Part shown: positions 1 through 9,641 of the stretch, one piece after another
Numbering within the stretch: the stretch's first letter is position 1
How the letters are laid out: every line of letters begins with the position of its first letter
Source: a virus
Lineage: Duplodnaviria > Caudoviricetes
Virus record (IMG/VR): IMGVR_UViG_3300019378_000009
Location: 32,001-96,000 of that record
Length of the DNA: 64,000 nucleotides
Reading direction: 5' to 3' (one strand)
Program-made: the position numbers and the translations under genes
Notes under the pieces: generated by a model
The model's database searches: none
What the model saw: only the letters and a program-made list of their open reading frames with translations
What the model was told of the DNA's origin: nothing

Positions 1-2
1 AT

Positions 3-461
3 GATGAGAAATATAAATGGGTTTATGCAGATGGTTTTGCAGAAGAATGGACTATAGATGTAAACGGATGGAATTACATTCAATTAGTCTCTATACACAA
101 AGATAAAATTTTAGGTTTTATTCAATATCATACAATTCGCAGCAGTAGAAATGTTAATGGACTGACAATTGTCGGATTTGAAAATAATCCTTTGTTTATT
201 AAAGACCTTTTGCAAGCAATAGACGATATTTTTAATAAATACCATTTTCATAAACTATCATTTAGCTCTGCTTTAGATAATCCTTCTGCACGAGTTTATG
301 ATAAATATATTGGAATTTTAGGTGGCAAAATGTACGGAATTAGTAAAGAGCAGTGGCTAATGTCTGATGGTCGTTATCATCATGTTAAGCATTATGAAAT
401 TTTAAACCACAACTATAAGGGTTTAAAAAGTATTCGAGGTAAAAATGAAACAAAAGAATGA
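3..461 (+). CDS. GNAT/RimJ-like acetyltransferase, 5'-truncated by the window edge
   Basis: The frame is open from position 3 (DEKYKWVYADG...ILGFIQY...IFNKYHFHKLSF...DNPSARVYDKY...GG...DGRYHHVKHYEIL). The pattern resembles RimJ/RimL GNAT proteins. Confidence 0.55.
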   Translation, partial: DEKYKWVYADGFAEEWTIDVNGWNYIQLVSIHKDKILGFIQYHTIRSSRNVNGLTIVGFENNPLFIKDLLQAIDDIFNKYHFHKLSFSSALDNPSARVYDKYIGILGGKMYGISKEQWLMSDGRYHHVKHYEILNHNYKGLKSIRGKNETKE

Positions 462-624
462 TGAAAATCAAGAAATAAGATGGGCAGATTGGTGTGAATA
501 TTGGTTACATGAAATTTGTCCAATGACACAAACGAAATGCCCTTGGAGCGATCTTGGAGGTTATCCAATCAATCAAGAATGTCAATTTTATAAAAATAAG
601 CATAAAAACTTGACAAATACCTAA
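445..624 (+). CDS. small Cys/Trp-rich hypothetical protein (59 aa)
   Basis: GAGGT SD, ATG at 445, TAA at 622-624; below the ORF-track length cutoff. Confidence 0.45.
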   Translation: MKQKNDENQEIRWADWCEYWLHEICPMTQTKCPWSDLGGYPINQECQFYKNKHKNLTNT

Positions 625-638
625 AAATATGTTATAAT
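610..638 (+). promoter_or_regulatory. sigma70/sigmaA promoter
   Basis: TTGACA-N17-TATAAT with extended -10 TG. Confidence 0.8.
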
Positions 639-666
639 ATTTTTAGAAGAGAAGAGAAGAGAGCAA

Positions 667-855
667 ATGTATAATAATTTAGAATTTTTAGATTTTCTTT
701 CTATTATTTCTTTCATTATGCAAATAACCCAAATAGAAAATAGTAATCATCATATGCAAGAAATTGAAAACAAATTAGATTATATTATTCACAAACTTGA
801 TTTGGTTGATGATAAAGTATTACAATCTTTAACAGAAAGGTACGGAAATAAATAA
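667..855 (+). CDS. hypothetical protein
   Basis: Lies downstream of the promoter and a purine-rich SD; its stop overlaps the ligase start. Confidence 0.55.
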   Translation: MYNNLEFLDFLSIISFIMQITQIENSNHHMQEIENKLDYIIHKLDLVDDKVLQSLTERYGNK

Positions 856-1925
856 TGATAAATAATTTCGAAAAATTTTACACAATGACACCAATGAAAT
901 ATTATGATTGCGGTGGAGATTTTTCCAAAGCAAAAGCACAAGCGATGCTTACGAATGAAGGTAAGGCATATATTGCAACCAGAAAAAATGACGGTGAATG
1001 GTGCAGAATAATTAAAGATGCAGAAGGAAATATAAAAGCACAAAGCAGAAGCATAAGTAAGGTAACTGGTGAATACGGTGATAAAACGGAACACATTCCT
1101 CATATAATAGATGAAATGCATTCTTATCCTTGCGAAACAGTATTAATCGGAGAACTTTGTTTTGAAGATATTACTAAAACAAGCAAAGATGTGGGTAGCA
1201 TACTTCGTTGTAAGCCTGATAAAGCAGTTGCGCGCCAAAAAGATATAAAGTTAGTATTTAAAGTTTTTGATTGTCTTGCTTTTGCCGGTATAGATTTAAT
1301 GGAAAAACCATATTGGGAAAGATTTGCAAATGCACGCGATGCAGTAGTGGATTTTGGATATTATATGTCTATGACAGATGCAGTAGAATGTGGAGATTTT
1401 GAAGAATTTTTACAAGAAATACTTGCAGCGGGCGGAGAGGGTATTGTTATACATCGTAAAGACGCAAAATATAAACCCGGTGCCAGAACTGCTTGGGACA
1501 CACTTAAAGTTAAAAAAATTGTAGAAGAACTTGAACTTCCTATTGTTAGCTTTATAGCACCAAATAAGGCTTATTGCGGAGAAGATGCCAGCATTTGGAA
1601 ATATTGGGTTGGCACCAAATCAGACGAAACAGAAGTTAGAAGTTTGGGTAGTCCGGACTCTACTATTGATGTGATAAAATGGGAGCCAGTAACTAAACCT
1701 TACTGGATGGACTGGTATAATGGAGTTATAGTAAATAATCAAGGAACTTTAGTACGAGTAACTAGCGGTCTGACAGATGAAGATAGAGAGTGGTTGGCAA
1801 CAGAAGAGGCAAAGAAATTACTTGATGAAGGAAGTCTTGTTGCTACTGTTAGTGCTATGGAAATAGATAAAGACAGTGGTAGTTTAAGACATCCTCGTCT
1901 TATTAGAATACGTACGGAGGCATAA
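855..1925 (+). CDS. ATP-dependent DNA ligase
   Basis: Motif I KNDG, then GEL, FDCL, EGIV, LKVK and a C-terminal OB motif SLRHPRLIRIR. Confidence 0.9.
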   Translation: MINNFEKFYTMTPMKYYDCGGDFSKAKAQAMLTNEGKAYIATRKNDGEWCRIIKDAEGNIKAQSRSISKVTGEYGDKTEHIPHIIDEMHSYPCETVLIGELCFEDITKTSKDVGSILRCKPDKAVARQKDIKLVFKVFDCLAFAGIDLMEKPYWERFANARDAVVDFGYYMSMTDAVECGDFEEFLQEILAAGGEGIVIHRKDAKYKPGARTAWDTLKVKKIVEELELPIVSFIAPNKAYCGEDASIWKYWVGTKSDETEVRSLGSPDSTIDVIKWEPVTKPYWMDWYNGVIVNNQGTLVRVTSGLTDEDREWLATEEAKKLLDEGSLVATVSAMEIDKDSGSLRHPRLIRIRTEA

Positions 1926-1926
1926 T

Positions 1927-2133
1927 ATGACTATTGAAATGTATAAAAAAGCAGTAACAAATAGATTGCTAGATATTATATGTATTTGTAATAATAGAGA
2001 AGACGTAGACATAAGATGTAGAAAAGTAGCATGCACTACTGCAGATTTAATTAAAGATTTAATTAACGATGATGTCAATTTATATTATGCTTTAACCGAG
2101 CAGGTATCAGAAAATGGAAATACAGTCGAGTAA
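1927..2133 (+). CDS. hypothetical protein
   Basis: GGAGG SD; operon-like spacing. Confidence 0.55.
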   Translation: MTIEMYKKAVTNRLLDIICICNNREDVDIRCRKVACTTADLIKDLINDDVNLYYALTEQVSENGNTVE

Positions 2134-2320
2134 TATAAATACAGAGAATGTAGAAGTTTGGAACATTCACGATCCATTTATGCCTACACAATATGAATTT
2201 AGAGGCTATCTTGATAGTTGGAAGCAATGTAGATGCGGCCGGACCTGCAATATGCGTGATAGATATTGTGGAACTTGCGGACAAAAATTAGGTTTTCCTG
2301 ATTTTCCTGAAGAAAAATAA
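2114..2320 (+). CDS. small Zn-ribbon protein
   Basis: CRCG...YCGTCGQKL motif. Confidence 0.6.
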   Translation: MEIQSSNINTENVEVWNIHDPFMPTQYEFRGYLDSWKQCRCGRTCNMRDRYCGTCGQKLGFPDFPEEK

Positions 2321-2337
2321 AAATTTTGAGCCAAAAC

Positions 2338-2366
2338 TTGATTTTTGGCTCTTTTTATGTTATAAT
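2338..2366 (+). promoter_or_regulatory. sigmaA promoter of the topoisomerase operon
   Basis: TTGATT-N17-TATAAT with TG. Confidence 0.65.
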
Positions 2367-2399
2367 TATTATAGAAAAGAACCGAGAAAGGAGTTTTCA

Positions 2400-2723
2400 G
2401 TGAAAAACAAAAAAGAATTTTGTGTTTCTGTGATTAGAAGTTATTTACGAACTAAAAAAATTTCTTTTAAAGAAATTGAAGCAAACAGTGGTACAATGTA
2501 TTTCAGATTGTTGTTGCCAACTTCTGCGCCATGTTTGAGATTAGCGGACCACCCTTGCGGTAAGAGTAAACCTAGTGTAACAATTTATTGGATGGTCGGC
2601 ACAAATGCTAAAAACAAACATTTAAAGCGTAGAATTGAAATGACAATTGATAAGATGATACGAATTTCAAAAATCGGAACAACTTTAGGAACAATAAACA
2701 GATTGGAGAATATGCATGGATAA
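2400..2723 (+). CDS. hypothetical basic protein
   Basis: AAGGAG SD and GTG start; overlaps the next gene. Confidence 0.6.
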   Translation: MKNKKEFCVSVIRSYLRTKKISFKEIEANSGTMYFRLLLPTSAPCLRLADHPCGKSKPSVTIYWMVGTNAKNKHLKRRIEMTIDKMIRISKIGTTLGTINRLENMHG

Positions 2724-4581
2724 ACAAAATATAAACTATGGCGCAGAAGACATAGTAAGCTTATCTGCAGGCAGAGCATTTAGAGAAAAAATAGGAATGT
2801 ATCTAAGTGCCGATCGACAAGAAGCAATAAATCTTGGCTTGCGCGAATTAATTGTTAATGTACAAGACGAATATGAAGTGTTTAAGCCAAAAAATCCGTT
2901 ATTGAAAATAACTTTGGATACCAAAACTCACACTATTAGCGTAGAAGATAATATGCGTGGCATACCAGTAGGTATAAGAAAAGATGGCATGAATTCCCTT
3001 ACTGCTGCGTTTTTGATTCCTCACTCTGGCGGTAAGCATAGTGAGGGAGCATATTCTAGTGCAGTTGGTATTAATGGAGAAGGAAATAAGGTTGTATGTC
3101 ACACAGCCAAGTGGCTCGAAGTTACTGTTAAGCGAGACGGCAAAGTGTATAAACAACGCTTTGAGAGCGACAATGAAGGCGCCAAAGCAATTACAGGAGT
3201 AATAGAGGCCAAGGGTGATAATACTACCGGCACATATATTATATATAAACCAGATCCAGAAGTATATGGAGATTGTTTTATAGATATTGAATCTTTGCGC
3301 GATATGTTAACAGAAATTTCTTATTTTACAATAGGACTGAAGATTATTCTTGTAGTTGATGGAAAAGAGGAAATTTTCTTGTGTAAAAATGGTTTGGTTG
3401 ACGGACTAAATCATCCCAATCCCGTTTCCAAACCGTTTTCATACTTTTACGAAACAGATGATTGTAAAGTAGAGTTAGCTTTGCAGTGGGTAAGCAAAAA
3501 AGGCGAAATTAGAGGTTATGCAAATGGTTTGTATATGCCAGATGGAGGCGCATTTATTACTGGTTTTAAAACATCGCTTACAAAAGTGTTTAATAATTTA
3601 AGCGGTGAAAAATTCACAGGAGAACAAATCAGAGATGTGTTAGATGGTTTTGTATCTGTAAAAGTGCGCATGGGTCAATTTTCCAATCAGGCTAAAACAG
3701 CTCTTGCAAATCCCGAAGCGCGCACAGCAGCCTCAACTGCAATCACAAATGCAATAAAAGATTTTGCATCAAAAAATGCGGCAGATTTTAATAAAGTTGT
3801 AGAATTATTAAATAAGGTTGTTAAAGCAGAAGTTGCGGCAGAAAATGCTCGAAAGAAAGTTTTAGAGTCAACAAAAGAAATAGAAAGAAATCAAAAACGC
3901 AAAGTATTTGCGAGCGACAAATTGAAGGATGCAGAATTTTTAGGTGAAAATAGTACTCTTCTTATTGTAGAAGGTGACTCGGCTTTGGGTGGAATTGCTC
4001 AAGCAAGAGATTACACAAAGTATGGAATACTTGCGATACGCGGAAAAATTATAAATTGCCTTGCTAATAAAGAAGAAGATATTTTTGATAATGAAGAAAT
4101 TAAGTTGCTATTAAGTGCAATGAATATTATACCGGGAGCATACAATAATAAAAAGCTAAGGTATGGTAAAATAGGAATTTGTGTGGACGCTGATAGCGAT
4201 GGCGGTCATATAGCATTACTTATTATGGCAGCACTCTATCATTTGGCGCCCGATTTTATCAAAGAAGGAAGATTATGTTGGCTACATTCTCCCCTATATA
4301 TAGTAACTAATGGCACTAAAGAGTCATATTATTATACAGACGAAGAGTTTGATAAAGTACGCAGTAAAATTACAGGAACAGTTACTCGTGCTAAAGGTTT
4401 GGGTGAACTTTCATCTGAAACAGCAAAGGCATCTATGTTTACTGCTCCCCAACAACGCTTGGAAGTGTTATCTTATTCAACTGCTGGTGTAGAACTATTA
4501 AGTGAATTAATGGGTGACGACTCTGAGTTGCGTAGAAATTATATAGTAAAAAATATTGATTTTAGTACGATAAGGGAGTAA
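2716..4581 (+). CDS. gyrB: type IIA topoisomerase subunit B (GyrB/ParE-like)
   Basis: GHKL motifs (ELIVNVQDE, DNMRGIP, HSGGK, GINGEG) and TOPRIM motifs (EGDSA, IRGKIIN, DADSDGGHI, KGLGE). Gyrase versus topo IV cannot be resolved by eye. Confidence 0.93.
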   Translation: MDKQNINYGAEDIVSLSAGRAFREKIGMYLSADRQEAINLGLRELIVNVQDEYEVFKPKNPLLKITLDTKTHTISVEDNMRGIPVGIRKDGMNSLTAAFLIPHSGGKHSEGAYSSAVGINGEGNKVVCHTAKWLEVTVKRDGKVYKQRFESDNEGAKAITGVIEAKGDNTTGTYIIYKPDPEVYGDCFIDIESLRDMLTEISYFTIGLKIILVVDGKEEIFLCKNGLVDGLNHPNPVSKPFSYFYETDDCKVELALQWVSKKGEIRGYANGLYMPDGGAFITGFKTSLTKVFNNLSGEKFTGEQIRDVLDGFVSVKVRMGQFSNQAKTALANPEARTAASTAITNAIKDFASKNAADFNKVVELLNKVVKAEVAAENARKKVLESTKEIERNQKRKVFASDKLKDAEFLGENSTLLIVEGDSALGGIAQARDYTKYGILAIRGKIINCLANKEEDIFDNEEIKLLLSAMNIIPGAYNNKKLRYGKIGICVDADSDGGHIALLIMAALYHLAPDFIKEGRLCWLHSPLYIVTNGTKESYYYTDEEFDKVRSKITGTVTRAKGLGELSSETAKASMFTAPQQRLEVLSYSTAGVELLSELMGDDSELRRNYIVKNIDFSTIRE

Positions 4582-4587
4582 ATAAAT

Positions 4588-4833
4588 ATGATTGTTTTGT
4601 ATTATAATCCGCAAGATTATAAAAATGTGGGTTATGAAGAATTAAATAATTTATATCATTATATATGTAAAATTGCTATAAAAGAAAATAAAGATAATCA
4701 AAATATAATTCTAATGCCAAAACATTTGGAATTAAGAGAATTAAATAATCAAGAACTTGTTGAATGGTATAAACAACTAAAAGACACTATAAAAACAGTA
4801 GAAAGGGAGCTGGGCGACAGATGGGAGAATTAA
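4588..4833 (+). CDS. hypothetical protein between the topoisomerase subunits
   Basis: GGGAG SD; overlaps the subunit A start. Confidence 0.55.
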   Translation: MIVLYYNPQDYKNVGYEELNNLYHYICKIAIKENKDNQNIILMPKHLELRELNNQELVEWYKQLKDTIKTVERELGDRWEN

Positions 4834-7052
4834 AACCAATTATAGAACAAAGTTTTAATCAATACGCAGGAGCGGTTTTACAATCAAGAGCGCTCATAGA
4901 CTCTAGAGATTGTATTAAACCTTCTGCGCGACAGATTTTATATTCTATGCATGAACGAAAACTTGTGCATAATAAACCCCACAAGAAAACTGCAAATGCA
5001 GTTGGTATGGCAATGGCGGATTATTATATACATGGCGATGCTTCTTGTGAGGGTATTATCATGCGCGCAGGTCAAACATTTTCTATGCGCTATCCACTTA
5101 CAGATGTTAAAGGTAACGCAGGTTCTTTAATTAAAAGCGGCAACTGGGCAGCAATGCGTTATACAGAAAGTCGTACTTCGGCACTTATGGAGGAAATATT
5201 TGGAGATATAGAAAAAAATACCATAGACGATTGGCGCAATAACTATGATAATACTAAGCAATATCCAGGAGTGCTACCTTCAAAAGGATTTTATAATATA
5301 TGCAATGGTAGTTTTGGAATAGGTATAGGCATGAGCAGCTCCATTCCACAATTTAATCTTAAAGAAATAAATGCGGCTTTGGAGAAGTTATTACTAAATC
5401 CGAATATTCCAGATGACGACATTATTGTTATGCCTGATTTTGCAACTGGCGCTTGTCTACTCAACCCGTCAGAAGTAAAAGAAAGTTTGAAAAATGGTAA
5501 TGGCAAATCTTGCCTTTTGCGTTCAGTTATTAACTACGATGCGAAAGAAAACTGTTTGGTTGTTACAGAAATACCTTATTCCGTTTATACAAATACTATT
5601 AATGCAGAACTTGACGCAATACTTGAAGATGAACATAATCCCGGTATTGATAGATATAACGATTTAACTGGTAAAACACCACTTATAAAAATATATTTAA
5701 ACAAGGGCGCAAATCCTCAAAGTATTTTGAAATATTTATATAAAAACACTTCTCTCCAATATTGGTATGCAATTAATTTGACTATGCTTGAAAATGGTCG
5801 ATACCCCAAGTTATTTACTTGGAAAGAAGCTCTTCAATCACACATAGATCATGAAAAAGTTGTATATCGTCGCGGTTTTGAATATGATAAAAATAAGGCA
5901 GAAGATAGACTTCACATAGTTGAAGGATTACTTATTGCTCTTGCAAATATAGATGAAGTAGTTCATACAATTAAAACTTCTTCTTCTGTTGCCGTTGCAA
6001 ATGAACTATTGCGGAAAAAATTTATTTTAACCGAAACTCAAACAAAAGCAATTTTGGATATGAAATTGAGTCGTTTGGCACATTTGGAAGTAGAAAAGTT
6101 AGAAAAAGAAAAAGTTGAATTGCTTTATACAATTAATCAAATTTTATTAATTTTAAATAGTGAAGAATTATTTAATGAGCAAATCATTAAAGGATGGCGT
6201 GAAGTTTCTAGAAAATTTGGAGATGAGCGCAGAACAAAAATTACGCCAATGGAAGAAGAAGAAGCACCAAAGCTCAATAATAAAAATGTAGTAGTAATGA
6301 TTACAGATACAAATGAAGTAATTGTTACAGAACCTTTTGATAAAATTAATGCTAGTGTCAAAACTCATGAATGGTATAAAAAGAAATTTAAAACTGGTTG
6401 TATGTGTAAACTTTTAGATACTATTTACTCCTATGGCGCAGATGGAAAAATATATAATATCAATCCTTTTAAAACAACAGATGTAACTGATTGTGTGGGC
6501 TTGTTTAGAACAGACGAAAAGAAATATATTATTCATGTAACGAACAAGGGAACAGTAAAGAAGTCGCTAATTACAGAATATAATGGTTTTAAACGCAATC
6601 CCGTAGTTGGTAAATTGCGTGATGGAGAGTCAGTAGTATTTGTTGGAGCAGCAAACGATGAAGATTATCTTTTGATGCTTGGTGTCAATGGTAAGGTAAG
6701 TAAGATATTAGTTTCTGATTTTACTACTACTGGACGCAACACAATTGGAGTAAAAGGTATGGCTGTTGGAGTAGTATCTGCATGCATAGCAAGTGAAAAC
6801 GATCATATTGGTTGTATTAGTGATGAAAAGTATAAAATTACTGTCTGCTCTGATTATTCCATAAGCGGCAAAAATGCTTTGGGTTATGCTATTGCTGAAA
6901 ATACGATTGCGCTGACTACAATCCCAAAGAAAGAATTTTATCTAATAGAAAACGGCGTTAAAATAACACATTTTGGAGCTTCTGAATACACTCCTAAAGG
7001 CAAATCTGCGCAAGGAAATAAAACAACAAAGGATGCAAAATTTATATGGTAA
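4821..7052 (+). CDS. gyrA: type IIA topoisomerase subunit A (GyrA/ParC-like)
   Basis: DCIKPSARQILY, HGDAS, catalytic AAMRYTE, PDFATG; C-terminal pinwheel-like repeats (GRNTIGVKGM). Confidence 0.93.
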   Translation: MGELKPIIEQSFNQYAGAVLQSRALIDSRDCIKPSARQILYSMHERKLVHNKPHKKTANAVGMAMADYYIHGDASCEGIIMRAGQTFSMRYPLTDVKGNAGSLIKSGNWAAMRYTESRTSALMEEIFGDIEKNTIDDWRNNYDNTKQYPGVLPSKGFYNICNGSFGIGIGMSSSIPQFNLKEINAALEKLLLNPNIPDDDIIVMPDFATGACLLNPSEVKESLKNGNGKSCLLRSVINYDAKENCLVVTEIPYSVYTNTINAELDAILEDEHNPGIDRYNDLTGKTPLIKIYLNKGANPQSILKYLYKNTSLQYWYAINLTMLENGRYPKLFTWKEALQSHIDHEKVVYRRGFEYDKNKAEDRLHIVEGLLIALANIDEVVHTIKTSSSVAVANELLRKKFILTETQTKAILDMKLSRLAHLEVEKLEKEKVELLYTINQILLILNSEELFNEQIIKGWREVSRKFGDERRTKITPMEEEEAPKLNNKNVVVMITDTNEVIVTEPFDKINASVKTHEWYKKKFKTGCMCKLLDTIYSYGADGKIYNINPFKTTDVTDCVGLFRTDEKKYIIHVTNKGTVKKSLITEYNGFKRNPVVGKLRDGESVVFVGAANDEDYLLMLGVNGKVSKILVSDFTTTGRNTIGVKGMAVGVVSACIASENDHIGCISDEKYKITVCSDYSISGKNALGYAIAENTIALTTIPKKEFYLIENGVKITHFGASEYTPKGKSAQGNKTTKDAKFIW

Positions 7053-7213
7053 AACACAGATATGAAAATTTATGTAAAAAATATGACATTACCGTTGAAG
7101 AAATAGATGCGGCAATAGAGCAAATTAATTTTGGTGCTATTGCCTGCGATGGAATAGTATTAGTTGCTTTATGTGAATTAATTGTTTCGGGGGATATACC
7201 AGATGGCAAGTAA
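7046..7213 (+). CDS. small hypothetical protein (55 aa)
   Basis: ATG 7046 to TAA 7213 fills the gap between gyrA and the MTase, overlapping both. Confidence 0.4.
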   Translation: MVKHRYENLCKKYDITVEEIDAAIEQINFGAIACDGIVLVALCELIVSGDIPDGK

Positions 7214-7778
7214 ACGCAGTCCGTATGATTTTTATCCAACGCCTCAAAGTGCAATTGATGCATTATTGGAAAATTTAAGAAAATATAATATAAATTTGGG
7301 TGACAGGGTTTTAGAACCCTGTGCCGGCGATGGCGCTCTAATAGAGAGAATGAGTATGTATTATCCAGATAGTGAAATTCAGGCTTATGATATAGATGAA
7401 AGTCATTTGCCGTTTTTACAGAAATTGTGTGAAAGAGGAGATATACTTTGTTATGGTACGCACGATGTTTTAGATTTAACCCCAAGTGAAATCAACGCTT
7501 TTGATACTATTATAACCAACCCTCCTTTTTCTATTTCTCAAGAAATAGTAGAGCATATACTAGAACATAAAAAGCCGCAAACAACTTTTATAATTTTGCA
7601 AAGACTTGGATTTTTAGGTTCTCAAAAACGTCATGAAATGTGGAATAAGTATCCGCCAGACGCTGTTTGGGCCTTAAGTAAGCGACCAAGTTTTACCGGC
7701 TCTGGAACAGATGCACATGAATATGGTTGGTTTATTTGGGGCGATATTAAGAAAGCGCCGCCAGTTATTGCAATTTGA
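7203..7778 (+). CDS. orphan DNA amino-methyltransferase (m6A/m4C type)
   Basis: DFYPTP, motif I VLEPCAGDG, motif IV TNPPF, and C-terminal YGWFIW. Likely start is ATG 7203. Confidence 0.85.
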   Translation: MASKRSPYDFYPTPQSAIDALLENLRKYNINLGDRVLEPCAGDGALIERMSMYYPDSEIQAYDIDESHLPFLQKLCERGDILCYGTHDVLDLTPSEINAFDTIITNPPFSISQEIVEHILEHKKPQTTFIILQRLGFLGSQKRHEMWNKYPPDAVWALSKRPSFTGSGTDAHEYGWFIWGDIKKAPPVIAI

Positions 7779-7858
7779 AATTTGACAAGTTTGAAAATTT
7801 GCTTTTTCAAGAAAAATGCGTTATAATATTTATAGAAAAGATGAAAGCGAGAAAAAAA

Positions 7859-8155
7859 ATGAAAATTATTGCACGACCGCAATGCACTGGCAAAACAAAA
7901 GAAATCCTTCAACTTTCTATTGATACAGATACGCCAATTTGGTGTCTATCTGAAAGTAAGCGCAAAAGTCTTGAAGAAAAATCTCTTACTTATTTTGGTA
8001 AAATGGCAGAAGTAATATGCGGAAGCGAGCTTTTGCATGCAGAAGTGTCTGCTGTAATTATTGATGATGTAGAAAAGATGATTGGTTTTCTTGTTAATGA
8101 TTATTCTTATTCACCAGTAGAAGTGGCGGCTGTTTCCATAACAACGGAAAATTGA
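7859..8155 (+). CDS. small P-loop-like protein
   Basis: RPQCTGKT (Walker A-like) and VIIDD (Walker B-like); own promoter TTGCTT-N17-TATAAT at 7799-7827. Confidence 0.55.
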   Translation: MKIIARPQCTGKTKEILQLSIDTDTPIWCLSESKRKSLEEKSLTYFGKMAEVICGSELLHAEVSAVIIDDVEKMIGFLVNDYSYSPVEVAAVSITTEN

Positions 8156-8182
8156 TTTTCAAAATTAGACAGCTTTGGAAGT

Positions 8183-8211
8183 TTGACTTTTATTAAAATT
8201 TATGATATAAT
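8183..8211 (+). promoter_or_regulatory. sigmaA promoter of the replication operon
   Basis: TTGACT-N17-TATAAT with TG. Confidence 0.8.
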
Positions 8212-8307
8212 ATTTATAGAAAAAACACGAGAGATTTGCCCACTCTCTGTGAAATAAAACAAATAAAATAAACAAACAATTTTTAAAATTAAAGGAGAAT
8301 ATTTAAA

Positions 8308-8595
8308 ATGGCAGATATTAAGATTACAGAGAGACCCCTTAGTGAGAACGCAAAAGTTGTTCTTGCTTATTTGAAGGCAAATGACAATGGAGAAGTTGGT
8401 TACTTTGGTAACGAGATTGCAGAGGCTTGTGGTATGAGCCCTGTTGGTATTCAGGGTACCCTTAATTCTCTTGTAAAGAGAGAGCTTGTTGGTAAGGGTC
8501 AGAGAGAGAAGGAATTCTCTAACAAGGCTGGTTCTGGTGTTAAGCCCTATACTACCTACTTCATTACTGATGCAGGTCGCGCTTACGAGGCTTAA
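8308..8595 (+). CDS. winged-helix DNA-binding protein
   Basis: EIAEACGMSPVGIQGTLNSLVKRELV...YFITDAG wHTH pattern; strong SD. Confidence 0.75.
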   Translation: MADIKITERPLSENAKVVLAYLKANDNGEVGYFGNEIAEACGMSPVGIQGTLNSLVKRELVGKGQREKEFSNKAGSGVKPYTTYFITDAGRAYEA

Positions 8596-8734
8596 TTTAA
8601 GCTGTAAGCTACAACAAATTAACTAACTAACTTGTATTGATAAGAATTGGCGCTACGGGCTTAGCGCCTTTTATTTTCAAAATGGGTAAGAATATGAACA
8701 TTACAAGATTTTAATATTTAATGGAGAAAAACAA

Positions 8735-9628
8735 ATGATTAAGAAGAATGATGTATTTATTATCGGTGAAGTTGTAGAAGTAAAGACTGATGTTCGTATT
8801 TCTAGCGAAAACAAAAAGTACATTAGCGGAAAGGTTTCTGTTAAGGTAAACGATAATGGCGTAGAAAATATTATTGATGTTTCTATTTTTGCGTATGAAA
8901 AGACCAAGAATGGAACAGACAATAAATTGTTTAAGTCTTACACTACTCTCGAGAGTATGCTTAATAAGAGAGTTCGTGTAACTGGCTCTCTTGGTGAGGG
9001 CAGCATAGTAGATGAAAGCTCTGGAGATGTAAGACATTTCAATCAGATTAATGGCAAGTTTATTAACCTTGCTTACAATACTGACACAGAAGATAAGGCA
9101 ACATTTGAGTTCTCTGGTTTTGTAACCAGGCCTATTTATGAGCGTAAGGATAAGGAAGACAATCTTCTCGGCTACCGCATCGAGGTTGCTCAGGCAAATT
9201 ACAATGATACCGGTCTGTTTGTTATTCGTTTCGATGTGAATAAGAATGATGTAGATAAAGCTCGTGTTATCGAAGCTAATTATCTTACTAAATCAACCGT
9301 AGAATTTTCTGGAACACTTGGTTCTATTACTTCAGTAGAGACCAAAACTGTTCCCGCAGATTTTGGTGAACCCCTTGTAAAGACTTTTGTTAAGACTGAG
9401 AAGACTTATACTATTCAGTCTGGCACCAATCCTCTCGCAGAAGATGATGAAAATGCATATAGTGAAGAGATGATTAAGAAGCTCGTTGCCGCATATAAGC
9501 AGGCAGACGCAGAGAGAGTAGAAAAGGCAAGAAATGCAGCAACTGAAACTGCATCTGTTCCTACTATGAATGCTGCAGCAGCCGCTATGGGCGCTATTAC
9601 TCGTAGCGCAACAGCTTCTCTTATATAA
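8735..9628 (+). CDS. ssb: single-stranded DNA-binding protein (tandem OB-fold-like)
   Basis: Two OB-like beta repeats (VFIIGEV...VRVTGSL; FEFSGFV...VEFSGTL); lies next to the Sak4-like ATPase. Confidence 0.6.
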   Translation: MIKKNDVFIIGEVVEVKTDVRISSENKKYISGKVSVKVNDNGVENIIDVSIFAYEKTKNGTDNKLFKSYTTLESMLNKRVRVTGSLGEGSIVDESSGDVRHFNQINGKFINLAYNTDTEDKATFEFSGFVTRPIYERKDKEDNLLGYRIEVAQANYNDTGLFVIRFDVNKNDVDKARVIEANYLTKSTVEFSGTLGSITSVETKTVPADFGEPLVKTFVKTEKTYTIQSGTNPLAEDDENAYSEEMIKKLVAAYKQADAERVEKARNAATETASVPTMNAAAAAMGAITRSATASLI

Positions 9629-9641
9629 GAGGTGAACGGGT

